A DNA stretch of 64,000 nucleotides from Geosiphon pyriformis uo1. Its lineage: Eukaryota; Fungi; Glomeromycota. The notes under the pieces were generated by a model. The model was not told where the DNA came from, did no database searches, and saw only the letters and a list, made by a program, of their open reading frames with translations. The stretch is taken from contig JAAOMT010000710.1 in NCBI GenBank assembly GCA_016748015.1, positions 248,001-312,000 of the forward strand. The letters run 5' to 3'. The position numbers and the translations under genes were made by a program. Positions 1-13,345 of the stretch are shown here, piece after piece (position 1 is the first letter of the stretch; the number at the start of each line of letters is the position of its first letter).

Positions 1-3000
1 TCCAAATTCAATTTCATTCTCATCATTTTCGCTGGACAAGGAGATACTAAGAGCATAGCATTTGGGACACCATTGTTCATCGCAAGGCATAATGCATTCT
101 TCATATAGCCTAATGTTCATTTGCTCTAATTGTTGAATTTGAGCTTCTTGGGTCGAGTAGGTGTGACTTGCAATTTGGTGATAGACTTCTACTTCATCTT
201 TGTAATCGAATCCAGCTAATTCCATAGTGTATTCAATGTATTCTGCTTCCTTCATTTGACAAACATCTTCTTTGGTAGCTCCATTAATTAATGCCATTGC
301 TAAGTCAAAAATCATCTCGGCATCATAAGGGTAGTGATAAAGTTTGTTGAGAGCACTGTTGTATGCTGCATTAAAGGGTGTTCCTCTTTTTACTTTTTCT
401 GAAATTGATAAGGCATATTGGCAGGTCTGATTGCAGACATCTCCTCTCATTGCTACATCAATCCAATTGCATTCTTCCAGTAGCATATCTCCACAAGTCA
501 AACAAGCAGTGTTGTCCTATTTTCCACTCCTTTTTATTAGATGGTCTCATTGCTCTCTGTGGCAAGTCTTGCAGTAATAACAAGTATGATTCTCATATTC
601 TTCTTCAGGTGAAATGCAGACTCCCATTGACAATAGTTTTTTGTGGCAGTCCTTACATTTAAGGGGAATATAGGGGTGTTGTTTTCTTGGTTCGGGTTTT
701 GAGTAAGGTATATTCCATTCAGAGGTTTTTGGTTTAGTGTGTAAGGTAAAATGTTCTTGTTTTGTTTCATTGGCCCAGTTGGACATTGATCCAAGAGCCA
801 TGAATGTTTCGATTATTGGTTTTTCTTCTTTTGGTTCAAATTCAAAAGCCAGGGCTTTTTCAGAGTGTTTGTTGAATGTACCACAAATGGCAGGTACCTG
901 GGCATGTTGTCCTTGGTAGGAGATTGTTAACTCTTGTGTTTCCCAATTCAGATTAGCATTGGCTTTTTGAAGCCAATCATTTCTGACAAGAGCTTGGTAC
1001 TGGGGTGCGTCCATTACAAGAACTTTGACTGGAATGGTGATTCCATCAAGAGTGAATAGAAAATTGTCAATTTCTCCCATTGGTGTCTTTTTCATGCCAT
1101 CAGCAGTAATGATTACTGTTTGAGCTGGTCGGTCGACATTTCTTTTCAACTGTTGCATTAACTGGTAGGTAATAATGCTTCTGGCAGATCCACTGTCTAG
1201 GATCAAGTGAATTGGCTTTCCTTCTACTTCAGCTTCTGTGTACATTGCAGTGATGGCTTTTTGCTCATTAGCCACTGTATTGCTAAGCAAGAATGGTGAT
1301 TCATTTGCTTCAAATTCAAAAGAAAAGATATCAAAGAGATTGGCATTTTCAGCAATTCGGGCTGGTGGAATAGTGGTGTGGTTATGAAAAGGGTTTCGTT
1401 GTTGTTGTGCTGCAGCTCTACCTTCCAAGAGTACAGTATGATGAAAATCCTGTTCTTCCGGCATTGTTAAATAACTGGGTTGAGTGTGGTAATGGTTGGG
1501 TCTTGATTGAGTGGTATTTCGGGGAACCAATTGGTTGTTCGAACTGATTCTACTGTTGTTTACTTGGTATCGGTTTTGTGGTGTGAATTGATTTTGTGTA
1601 ATCAGTCCTCGAGCAGGTACTTGATAATATTGTGTGGGTGGTTGTTGGTATTGCTGTTGGATTGGTTGTGGGGCAGACTGATAATGGTTATTTTGGTATT
1701 GGGGTCTTGGTGGATAGTAAGCTGGTGGTAATGATTAATAATAAAATTGCTGTGGTGGAGAGTAACGTTGATTACCCCTATTTTGTTGGTTTCGTTGCAG
1801 CTTTCTGCAATCTCTTTTCCAGTGGCCAGAGATTTCACAGTAATGGCAATTTTGGGGCTGGTTATTGGAAAGTGGTACAAAGTTATTTTGATTTCGTCTT
1901 TGGAGTGGTTGATATCTTTGGGGTTGTTGTTGTTGGTTGGTAAAATAGTTTTCAATCTTCTTTGTGAGTTGGTCAATTTTTTCCTCAGCTGCTGAGCTGG
2001 TTTTTCCAATTGCCAAATTTACAAGTTTTGTACGATTGGCTTCTTCTATGGCCATTTTGTATCTTTTCACGTGCTGTATTGCAGAGTTTAAATCTTCTGG
2101 CACATGTGGGCGAACCTTTTTAATTAGTTTATCTTTTAGACCAGCGATAAATTGATCCAAGATTTGAACATCAGAATAATAATTGTTTGTCTCAAGTTGG
2201 CGAATCCGTCTGAGAAGTTTGTTGAATTTCCCAATATAAGTCATAACGGATTCAGAGGGTTCTTGTTTGATATTTTGAAAACGATTGCGAAGAGTGATAG
2301 AGGTATTATTGTCGGTGAACTGTTCAAGGAAGGCTGCTTTGAAAGCATTCNNNNNNNNNNNNNNNNNNNNNNNNNNNNNNNNNNNNNNNNNNNNNNNNNN
2401 NNNNNNNNNNNNNNNNNNNNNNNNNNNNNNNNNAAGGAGATTGGAACTAGTTTGAAGGGCTTCTTGTTGTTTGGTGGAACTTCTGAGTGATGTAAAATCT
2501 TCTGGTCTTGCAAATCGATTCAAGGGTGAATTAGGTGTTTGTGCTTGTGCAAGTAAAGCTGGAAAAGGTGTGATAGTAAGTGGAAGTTTTGAACTGGTTC
2601 CTTGTTCAGGTGTTTGTAAATGTTTGGCAGTTGTTTTCGGTAGTGTTGGAGTATTTGGGGTGGTTCTTGAATATTGCTTTAATTTGTTTTTGCCTTTGTT
2701 GCTTGTTTTTGTTTCCGATTCAAAATCAATGGTGTATTGAGACTGCACTGGATATGTTTCTTCACAGTATTTGATAATGTTAAAATTAAGTTCGTGAAAG
2801 TAAGTGGCAAGTGTTTCACTATTAAGGTCTTCAGTTCCCAACTGTGAATAGTGTACTAAATTATTGTAAAGGTTGTTTCTAACTTCTGAGATATTATAAT
2901 TTCCAAAAAGATAATTGTTGATACGGTTTTTAATATATTGGTATACTGATTTCTTGGCAACTTCAATTCTGTCTGGAATGTTGAATCTTTGCTTGCAGTG

Positions 3001-3054
3001 GGTGTAAATTGATTGGTAATACTCTAGAGTTGTTGCATCTGGTGTGGTTGCCAC
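1..3054 (-). pseudogene. Gypsy gag-pol polyprotein 5' part: N-terminal extension, capsid-like domain, zinc knuckle, aspartic protease, Cys-rich domain
   Basis: ORFs 1735..3054 and 547..1530 are in the same frame with an open linker. Motifs: IKQEPSESVMTYIGKF (retrotransposon gag), CHYCEISGHWKRDC (CX2CX4HX4C), LILDSGSARS (protease D-S-G), LVRNDWL. Stops fit CAA>TAA and TGG>TAG changes. Confidence 0.9.
2351..2433. other. Assembly gap (83 N)
   Basis: Run of n inside gag. Confidence 1.
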
Positions 3055-3085
3055 TTTGAATTTGTTTTTGCTGTGTTATTTCTAT

Positions 3086-3097
3086 GGGAGAGCACCA
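3086..3097 (-). promoter_or_regulatory. Primer-binding site TGGTGCTCTCCC
   Basis: Lies 2 nt inside the 5' LTR end and is complementary to a tRNA 3' end ...GGGAGAGCACCA. The same 10-mer occurs at 7904-7913. Confidence 0.85.
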
Positions 3098-3099
3098 AA

Positions 3100-4081
3100 T
3101 GTTACCAGAGGTTTTTGGTCTCTTTTCTGTAATGTTGTTAATACTTATTTGCTGTAAATTCACGTTTTCTGGATGTGGTTGAACCTCCAGTAACTGAATT
3201 TATCTTCAAATTATCTCCTATAATTTGAACTTGCTGGGCTTATGAGTGGAATGGCCAATTCCGTGCCAGTTGCTTTATGTAGTTACATTGTAGTAAACGT
3301 CAACTCTTTCCCAGGAATTGCTCGTCTGGAAGCTCACTAAAAATGTGTAGTTACTTTGCTGTGAAAGTCAACTCTTCTACAGGAATCTTGTCTGTAGGCT
3401 ACCCTAATGATTGTAATAAGAAAAGAAAAAAAAATAAAAGAAGTGTAAAAGAAATAGGATCTTATTAAGGGAAACGTTTTTTATCCAGGCCTGGAGTCAC
3501 TAACAGTTTACTGAAATTGGTAGCTAATCAATTTCGAAATATTAATTGGGTTTTGGGGATTTTCCAAGTACAATAATTTAGAGAATTTGGTTTTTCGAAT
3601 TATTTGATATTTATTTCTTTTTGTGTGTATAGAAATGGTTTGTAAAAGATAAATCTAAAGTAAGATACATTTTCTCGAAGAGAGAAGCTTTTCTTTTATA
3701 CAACTTGTCGTAACACTATTCTATGAACTCAAACTTTGCTATTTTCTACAATTTCACTGAACTAAAGATACATTTCGGCAAACTATAAGTTATTTCGGTG
3801 AACTATTAGATATTTCGATAAACTATCAATTATTTTGGTGAATTTCTACAAATTTCGGCGAACTTTTTGAATATTACATAGTTCGGGGTATTGCATGATT
3901 GATCATCGCAATTAGGTTGCATTGGTGTTGTGTACAATTTGGGTTATTAATTAAATGATAATTTCGGACATTTTTGCTAATATAATAAGTAATTATTTAA
4001 AACAATAATATATGCTAATTAATGATAGGAATTATAAGATAATTTCATGCTAAATAATATCTCTAATTTCGTTTGGTAACA
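3100..4081 (-). repeat. 5' LTR, family A (982 bp)
   Basis: Termini TGTTACC...GGTAACA form a perfect inverted repeat. Decayed homologues at ~39145-40141, 42083-51575 (split) and 42174-43079. Confidence 0.92.
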
Positions 4082-4559
4082 CCATTGATTCCAATTTTCT
4101 TTCATCAGTTCTTTTGTTGAAATAATAATAGTTGTCTTTCCAAAAGTATTCTTTACTTTTTCTACTATTTTATCTAACCAGTTTATTGATTGTTTTTGTG
4201 GTCATTGGTATGGTGTACTTTTCTCTTTTTGTTTGGTGTTTCAATAACAGATTGTTTAATTGTTGATGATAATTTTTATGTTTACTTGCTGTTGACTTAA
4301 AGCCTAAAACAATTGTTAAACTAAAGTGTGAATATGGTCTGGTGTTTTTATTTTTCTTTGTTGCTTTTGTTGTGTATACTGTGTTTTTATATACTTTTTT
4401 TGGTTGTTCAATTTGACATGTTTGATTTGATGATTATGATTGGTTCCAAATCTCGTAAAATCTTATCTGGTTGGACTATTATTCTCTATACTTCCAGTTG
4501 TAGAATATTATTGGTAGATGTTGATACTATATTGTGATATAGTTTTAGTTGATTTCCAT

Positions 4560-7045
4560 GTACTGCTTTAATTAAGATTTTGTTGTTCAATCTTAATTTA
4601 TAGGCTCCATTTCCAAGAATTTTTTTTATGTTAAATAGTTCATCCCATTTGGGGTCAAATTTTCTACTCCATTGTTTTTCTACTTTGGTATAATGTAAGA
4701 GTATTTTGTCTCTAATCTTGAATTCAACTGGTTTATCTGGTAGTTAGTTATTGTGTCTTTTTTTTTGTTTTTTTTGTAACTTTTGAATATTATTAGCTGC
4801 TTTTTGATGTTTGTTTTCTAGTGTTTTTATTAAGTCATATGTTTTTCTCAACAATGTTCTTTGGAAATTTTCTTCTGTTATTGGTTTTGTTGAATATGTT
4901 TTGACTTCTATCTCAACTGATAATGTTGCTGTTCTACCATATACTAATTCAAATGGTGTTGCTTGTGTAGTGTCTTGCTTTATTGTTTGATAAGCAAATA
5001 AGACTGATGGTATGAACAAATCCCATTTATTCTGGTTTTTTTGGCTGATTTTGGCAATTACTTTACACAATATTTGGTTAAATCTTTTGACTAACCCATT
5101 TGTTTATGAATGGTATGGTGATAATAATGGTCTTTTTATTCCAAATCTTTGGCTTAATTCTGCTAATGTTCTATTCACAAAGTGAGTTTTTTGATCTGAT
5201 AATAATTTTTTTGAACATTCGTGTTAACAGATTAAATCTTGATAAATGAATTTGGCAACAGATTCTGCATCTGCTCTTTGAATGGTTTTTGTTTCTGGTT
5301 ATTTTGTGAGATAATTTATGGCTACTGCAATATATCTGTTGTCTTTGTTGATTATTGTTAATGGTCTAACTAAGTCAATTCCAATGTAATTAAATAGTTG
5401 TTCCACTTTGATTGGTCTTAACAGTTCACTGAGTCTTGTTTCTCCTCTTCTCTGACAAGCATCACAATTTTGAACATATTGGATGATGTCTGGATACATA
5501 GATGGCCAATAGTATTTTTTCCATGGTTGCTTCTTTATGAAAATGTCCTGCTGTTGGATCTGAGTGCATGTTGAATAATATTGTCTCTTTTTCTGGTTCT
5601 GTAATTACTCTGGTTGATTGATCTGGATTTCTTTTGTTCTTCTAGTAAAATATATTTTGATGGTTGATAAAATATTTTAATTGCTGTTTTATGTTATTTT
5701 GTTCTTTTTAAGATATTTTCTCCTTGAACAGTTGGATATTTATATAATATTGAAGTTGTTGGTATTTTTGTATATTTATTTTTTTGTTATATTTTTGGTT
5801 TGAAATGTTTTTAGATTTGTCTTATTTGTGACAAGTCATCAGCATTTTCATTTTTTTTTTCTTTTTTGTAATGTACTGTATAATTAAATAGTGAAAGTTC
5901 TATTTTCTATCTAGCATAGTGATTGTCTCCAAATTTTTACTTTTAGATTAAAGTCAATCTTTTATGATCAATGTACATATCAAACTTTTGATTCAAGTAT
6001 TCTTTCTATTTTTTGACTGCCCAATAGATAGCTAAGTGTTTTAGTGCTAGAGTTCCATAGTTTTTTTCAGCTGAACTTAAGTTTCTGCTGGTATAAGCTA
6101 CTGGGTGTTTTCATCTATCTGGTTTTTTTTAAGATAGTACTGCTCCTAATGCTTAACCAGATATATGTATTGTGATTATGAATGACTTGCTATGATCCAA
6201 ATAGATTAGTATTAGAGCTTGAATAAACTTTCTTCTTAATGTATTAAAAGCTTCTTGCTGAATTTCTGTCTATTCATATCTGATGTTCTTTGTTTAGAGC
6301 TGGTGTAATGGCTGAGCCAGTTTGGAAAAGTTTTTGATGAAACAGCAGTAATAACCCACAAATTCTAAGAATGCTCTTAGTTCTGTTAAATTGGTAAGTA
6401 CTGAAAAGTTTTTAACTATCTCAATTTTGTTTGGATCCATTTTGATTCTGTTTTTGCTCACAACATGTCCCAAAAACTTGAGTTCAGTTTTTCTAAAAAA
6501 ATACTTGGTTGCATTTAATTTTAATCCGGCTTTTTTTAGTCTTTCAAATACTTGTTGAAGATGGTGTAAATAATTATTGAATATTTTGGAAAACATATTA
6601 GTGTTATCCAGATATATGACTACTGATTTCTATAATAATCCAGTATAGACAATTTTCATAAGTCATTGGAATGTGGCTAGAGCATTCATTAAACCAAATA
6701 GCATAACTTCAAATTCAAAATTTTTTTCTTGAGTTGTAAAAGCTGTTTTCTTTTTGTCTTCTGGATTTATGACTACTTACTAGTAACTACTGTTTAAGTC
6801 TAAAGTTGAAAACCATTTTTTTCCTTCAAAAACATTGAACAGCTCTTGGATCTTTGGTGTTGGGTAGCTATCTCTTTTGGTTACTCCATTCAGTTTTTGG
6901 TAATCCACACAAAAGTGAATTTTTCCATTTTTCTTATGGACTAGTACTACTGGTAATGATCATGAACTTATTGATGATTAAATTAGCTTGTTGTTAAGCA
7001 TCTGATTGATTTTTTGATGAATAATCTTATGGCTGGCTGGTAGAT
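4560..7045 (-). pseudogene. Gypsy pol fragment: RT, RNase H, integrase
   Basis: LKFLGHVVS and LRAFL (RT), YVQNCDACQ (integrase zinc finger), IGIDLVRPL and QATPFELVYGR (integrase core); many stops. Confidence 0.92.
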
Positions 7046-7915
7046 TAATTATGATTACTGAATGTAAGTTTTTTTGAGTAATAATGTCAAGGTTTGGATC
7101 ATTCTGATTTTTCAGAGTTTGATTAACCAGAGTTTTAATTTCTGATTTGTCTAAGATCAGATTTTGCTTGCTAATTTCTTGATTGTTATTTTCCTCTTCT
7201 TTGGAGTTGGTTATTTTCCAAGGACTAACAGCTCCAAAATCTGGTTGTAGTGGTGGTAATCAAATTCCTGATGGCATTGAGGATTGCGATTTAAATCTCT
7301 TGAAATAATTGCCATATGTTCCTAATAACTCTGCTTTCTTTTGTTTGCTTTGAAATGAAATTTTGTTCAGTGATGTTGTCATGCTTGCTGTAGCCATGCT
7401 TATTATGTTAATAGTATTTTCAGGTGTGTGGTGATATAATGAATTAGCAAGTAAGTCAAATTTTTGCTTCTTCCAAGTGAGTAGTTGGATTTGTTTTGGT
7501 GTTTCTGCTGGTGTTTGTAACCTTCTTTTTTCTTTGTCAGCAAAAGTGATAGGAAATCTCTGTTTGGTGTATTTTTCAATTTCTCTATTTATTTCTGTGA
7601 TTAAAAATGCAAATAAGTAGTTTTGTGGAAAGATAATGCTTTGGAGTAGTTCATTGAAGAAATTATTGAAGGCAGATTCTGGATCTTCTTGGCCTTCCAA
7701 ATGATATACTATTCTCTTATTAACATAGCAGTTGAAAGCTGATTCTGTTGGCCAACTATTATTTGTTAATTCGAGATAAGTGTGATAGTGTTGAAATAAG
7801 AATTTTGTGAATCTTAAATGGTTTGTCTTTGTTTCTTTAGATTCTGCCACTGTTTCAGATGGTTGTTTGTTGATGCTAGTTCTTTGTTGGATTATATCTT
7901 ACAGAGAGCACCAAA

Positions 7916-8802
7916 TATTACAAATAATTATTTGGGGTCTCAAAGCAAATAACAAACCTGTAACTTGATGCTTGATTGATATAATAATGTTGGTTTCTGA
8001 AAGTTAACTGTATCTGAAGGTTTTGATTGAGTCTTTTGTATAATGAACAAAAATTCAAATGTGGTTTTTCTTAATGGTGTTTCAGTGTCAACCCACAGGT
8101 TAAGTAGTTGTTGTCCATTACTTTCTGGAATTGCAATTTTGTCAATTTTTTTCTCGGTGTAGTGGCCAGCAATTTCCTAGTAAGCTATTCTTAAATTTGA
8201 GTGTCTATTCTTATTCCTGGGTTTTTTATCAGTACTATATCCTGACATCAATAACTCAGTGCTTTAATCTTTTAATCAATTAGTACATAACAAGAAATAA
8301 CAAAACAAAAAAAAATAAAATAAAAGAGAAATAAAGAAATAAGCCAAAGCAATAAATGTTAGTATTCTGTTAATAGCCATAATCAAGAGCTATTGTTTTA
8401 GTATGGTTAAGTATCAATTACTATCAACATAAAATATTAATAGTGGGGAGTGAATTTGAGATATTGAATAATTATTTATTAATATTTGTGATATAGAAGA
8501 TTGCTTAGATTAAATCTAAACTCAAAAGTCCGTTTTTTCTGCTTCTAATGCTACTGCTATATATACCTAATTTATATTCTATGAGATCACTCATATTCTT
8601 AAGCAATGTGCTATGATTTCTTAAGCAATACTCACATTGCTAAACAATGTGCCCTAATTTTTTAATATCACTTCACATTGTTGAGCAATGTGCTATAATT
8701 TCTAATATTGCTCTATATTATTGAGCAATGTGCTCATGTGCTAAATACTACTTCCTTATTGGTCTACTATTTTTCTATATCTGTTTTTCTTTATGAGTAA
8801 TA
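7916..8802 (-). repeat. 5' LTR, family B
   Basis: tattaca...agtaata (decayed TGTTAC/GTAACA); homologous along its length to 55919-56756; adjacent PBS. Confidence 0.88.
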
Positions 8803-10494
8803 ATACCAAAACAAAAAAACAATAAAATAGAAAATTTGACTCCAAATAGGACCGATTATTTCACATTGAAAAAATTCTAGAAAATAAAGCTTATAAATTA
8901 AGATAGAACAACAAAATTTTAGTTAAAACAGCATATAAAGATTGATTGAGACTATATTACAATATAGCATTATTATCTACTAGTAATATTTTACAACTAA
9001 AAATACAACAAATATTAATTCAACCAGATAAGATTTTATAAGATCTAGAACCAATTATAATTATTAACACAAACATGTTAAATTGATCTATAAAAATAAT
9101 ATATAAAAAACCAATATATACAATAAAAAAAAAGATGAAAATTACCAACAACATTTACTTATTAGCTTAACAATTATTTCAATTGATCAAACATAAAAAA
9201 CTGAACATGAAAATCATAATTAATTAACAAACTATTTAGTTTACAAAAAAAAATAGAAATCCCAATATAAAATACAATATAAGATATACAGAAAATATAA
9301 AAATATAATAGAAAAAATAATAATAAAAATAAAAATAAATATAAAAACACCAAAAACAATAGTACTATACAAAAAATTAACAGAAAAAAATTGGAAATAA
9401 TAGACACAACAATTTCCAAGAAACTTTTTTTATTACCATTAAAACAAAAGCTTAATATCTAGAACTTATATACAGATAAAACAAAACAGACATTTAACAT
9501 AACAATATTATAACAATTTAAACAATTTGTGAAAAAAAACAATCTATTTACATAAGCATAAACAATATACTAGTTACAAACAAGATTTTAAAACTGTTTA
9601 AAAATACTATTATACTTAGCAATAAACACAGTAATCATTAATCAATTGAAAAAAATTACTAATATCCAATTTGAGGAATTATAAATTCATATTTTCCAAG
9701 TTATTTTTAAGAAAAAAGTTATGAAGCTAATCCAAGAAAAAGATTTAAGAAATTTAAAAAATTTAGAAAATCTTGATAGAACTTAATATTAAAAAAAAAT
9801 ATATTATTACTTATAAAAATTAGAAATTATAATAATAAGTAAAACAGCCAATCAAAAATAGGTGTAGTAAAATAAAGAATTCTAGAATTTTTTTGGAAAA
9901 TTGCAGAATTTTAGAATTCCAGAATTTTTTTGGAAAATTACAAAATTTCCAGAAATCTTATATAACACAAATTATATATATATAGCAAGAATATTAAAAA
10001 CAGAAAAGTATTCAGAATTTAATAGAGTTCAGAATCTTAATATCATATTATCAACATTCTATATTGATAAAATTCAACACTTAATCATACTAAACCAATA
10101 GCTTTTAATCATAGTTATTAATAAAATATTAATTTTGTATTTTTTTTTCTTATTTTCTTATTTTCTTTTATTTTCTTTTGTTTTGTTTTTTTGTTGTTTA
10201 CTAAATTAATTAAAAAAATTAAGCACTAAGTAATTAATATCAAAAATAATCTGATAAAAGATCTAGAAATAAAGGTAAAAATTTAAGAACAGCTTATTAA
10301 AAGAACATAACTGTCAAAATAAATTGGCCATTATACTGAAAAAAAAATTTATGGAAAAAATTATTAATTAAATCTCTGTTTATTATACAAAAAACTTAAC
10401 TAAAATCTTCAGAAATTACTAATACTATTAGTTATTAAATATCAAGTTATAAATTTGTTATTTGTTCTAACACTCCAAATAATTATTTGTAATA
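8803..10494 (+). mobile_element. 3' end of an older family B-like Gypsy element (integrase C-terminus, extra ORF relic, 3' LTR ~9805-10494)
   Basis: Reverse-complement similarity to 4082-4700 and 56760-57750. The LTR matches 50681-51551 and the PPT has decayed to an A-run at ~9790. Confidence 0.8.
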
Positions 10495-12320
10495 ATATTT
10501 AACAAACTTCTTAAATCTATAAAGATAAAAACTGCTTGATAATTAATGTTAAAATGCTCTTTAATATTTCAAACATTATAATTCACTACTGTATTAATTA
10601 AATTTGAGAAAACAAATATAAAATCAATTGTTTTTTTGGCATCTTTAAAATTTTTTTATGTCAAGAATTTTGCAACTAAGCTTCCTATTAAAGAATTAAT
10701 CAGTCCTAGATCAAAGTATTTTTTGAAGTTAGTACACTTGTAAAAACCATTTTTATTAAAATTATTATCTAAAATTACAAATGAAGTTTTATTTACAATT
10801 TTTACAATCAGTAAATTGATCTTCTTAGCTTAAGCCAAACATATTACTAGAACAATACTAATATACAGTCCTAAAATTGAAACAGAAAGTTTATTCTTAA
10901 AAAGCAGCTTAATAAACAAAAGTTTACTAACAATATCTAAAACTTTATACACATGTTTTGTTAAATTAATGTTTATAATAATTGTGATATTAGAACCCAA
11001 ATGATCATATTCTAAACCAGAAATAAATACTTAAACATTTTCAAACTTGTTAACAATTTATGAATAAATTTTTTTTTAATTTTGTCTTAATAACAATAGA
11101 AATCAAATTGTTTATTTTTTTATGTTAATAAATAATATTTTTTTGCTTAACAGAATTGTTTATATTTCTAAAATTACATGTAGCAATTTTTCAGATTAAT
11201 TCAGTTATTGTTGGATAGAATTGTCTGAGCTTAAACTTTTATTGTCTATCTTGGCCAGCAGACTCATAACTATAATTAATAAATTGTCTATTTTATTTTC
11301 AAATTTTTTGACAATTAACAGATCTAAAATCTTTGCTTTAGTAACAGTTTTATCATTAGTAATTGCACTTAAATTTTTACTTATCACTATATTTGCTCCT
11401 TAATTTTGTAATAAAGAGATTATTAATGATTAATATCCAAAACTAATTTGGAAAACTATTGGTTTAAGTGTATCTAACTTCTTAGCCAGCTTATTAACTT
11501 GTTTTATAAAACTGTTAAAACTATATTCAAAAGTGGCAAACCTATTATTTACTTCCAAAAAAACCAGTAAAAAAGGTTTAATATCTGAAGATAAATTATC
11601 ACTAAAAAAAACCAAAGATATTACATAAAAAATAATATCACCAGCAATTTAAGCCCAAGTTTTTCTACTAAATAAGATTGAATAAGCAATTGGCATCTGT
11701 TTTTTTTTATATATATTTGCTAAGCAAATCTGATCTTAAGAATTAACCACTTATTTATTATGACTATTCAGATTTTTACTTATTAAATACTTACCAAAAA
11801 CATGACTAAATTATTTGTATTAAGTACAACAAACCAAAAAAAAATTAGCTTAATGCAAATTTACATTCTTAAAAACTGAAGCAAAACCAATAGCAGCTTT
11901 TTTTGATATCTTATTAGCAAAACAAATTACAATACATCTATTACATACATATAAACTTAGATTGTGACCAATAAAGTAAGTTTTCCACTATATAAAACCA
12001 ACAAGTTAGAAAAATTATGAGCAGTAGTACCAACTGGCAAAGTATATAACAAAGCTTAATGCTAATTCTTAAACATTTATGTTTGTTTATTATTTATAGT
12101 CTTAGTTATATAAACAAATTTTTTTTTATAAACACAGACTATTAAAAAACAATCAAATCAACAACTTTTAATAATTTAAATTCTACTAAGGCTTTTTGCT
12201 AAAAACTAATGAGCTGTATTTTGATTGACATAATTTTATTAAATTTAAAAAAAACTGATTTTACAGCCAATTTGAAAAAATTAATTGGAATTTTCTTAAC
12301 AATTATTTTCTAATTCATAT
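10495..12320 (-). mobile_element. Decayed LINE fragment (ORF1 3' half and ORF2 endonuclease start)
   Basis: EVNNRFATFEYSF...VNKLAKKLD matches ORF1 EVNDRFAALERSL...VGKLAKRLD of the young LINE; ORF1/ORF2 junction near 11200. Confidence 0.85.
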
Positions 12321-12322
12321 GG

Positions 12323-12770
12323 GTGTTTGTTTTTTTAATATTATTATTTATTGCAAAAAAGATGTATGCTATTTTAAAAAGATTACAAGAAAAAAAAGAA
12401 GTGCAAAACCTTTTATTTACAGAATATAATTGCAAGTTTTTCCACCAATATATGTTTCTTTGTCATTATGTCTTTTATAACCAACTTTGTGGTAATATTA
12501 ATATTTAGACATCTAAGATATAGAAGAGTTTTCAGGAAATTTTTAAGAAAAGTGGTTTGAAAATATATTAGTCTTATAGCTTAGTAGAAGTATTTTAATA
12601 TCAAGAAATTGAAAAAACTACAGAAAAAAATCGATTGAAAATAAATGAATTATTTAAAAAAGCTAAAGATTAGTATTATAATTTAGCAGATAAAAAAAAC
12701 ATAAATAAAGTAGAAAAATTGTTGTATATTTGAAAGAAACATTGAGGCCTGTTCTTGAGAAATAATAAAA
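12323..12770 (+). pseudogene. Probable MULE/Mutator-type transposase C-terminal relic (SWIM zinc finger)
   Basis: EYNCKFFHQYMFLCHYVF reverts by transitions to a CxC-x(n)-CxH SWIM motif (CNCKFFHQYMLPCHH); followed by a decayed FQEIFKKSGLKIY helical segment. Family assignment is inference. Confidence 0.55.
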
Positions 12771-13345
12771 ACAATCAATGATCATTTTTTAATAATAAGA
12801 TAGTAATATGTAAAAAAGTCGAAGTAGTTTTAGCTTTACAAAAAAAAACAATTAATGGGTTTTTTGACCAATTTGTAGTAATAAAAGTAAACGTTTTTTT
12901 TGCTCACTTTCGTATGTTATTAATGTGAATTAGTGAATTAATTTTGTTGGCCAAAATTTATTATGTGAAAATTAATGTCATGTTTTGCCGATCAAAAATG
13001 GCTGATCGCGTGACCGGCTTGCCTCGCTTTAAGGACCCCCCCTTATTTGGAAAAAAACAGCCAATGTAATATACCATAATTTGCTGCGTATACTAATTGG
13101 ATGTTGTAATTGACATGTGATTTAAAAAAATTCGATAACCCAACATGAAGTGGCTTATGGAAAAATGCAAGTGATCGAAGATTCTTGGAAAATCAGGCTA
13201 AAACTTTTAAAAATAAGCAATTAATTTCACGTCTTTTAACTGTTCCATATTGTGAAAGTCTTAATAACTGCAGAGTATATATTTTTTAAAATTTCAAGTC
13301 TTCAATTTACTTGCTTTACACTCTTTCGCAACAAACCAAAAAAAA

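Larger units (their letters stand above)
1..4081 (-). mobile_element. Ty3/Gypsy LTR retrotransposon, family A, relatively young; 5' half only (runs off window start); inserted into a family B element
   Basis: On the minus strand: LTR 3100-4081, PBS, gag with CCHC knuckle, aspartic protease. Sequence from 4082 (ccattgattccaattttc...) matches the internal region of the family B element at ~57136, so this is a nested insertion. Confidence 0.93.
4082..8802 (-). mobile_element. Ty3/Gypsy element, family B, decayed and internally deleted (most of gag, protease and dUTPase missing)
   Basis: 5' LTR 7916-8802, PBS 7904-7913, N-terminal ORF 7260..7850, then an abrupt jump to RT at ~7045. 4082-7045 is colinear with 57136-60105. 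Confidence 0.9.

Noticed and set aside
8590-8745. Palindromic repeats with spacers resembling a CRISPR array (also 56535-56700)
   Set aside because: The spacers are similar to each other, the array lies inside an LTR in eukaryotic DNA, and there are no cas genes; it is a tandem repeat.
9174-9419. Hydrophobic 81-aa ORF resembling a membrane protein (similarly 4328..4537 and 27308..27547)
   Set aside because: T-rich frames from hypermutated or tandem-repeat DNA; low-complexity artefacts.
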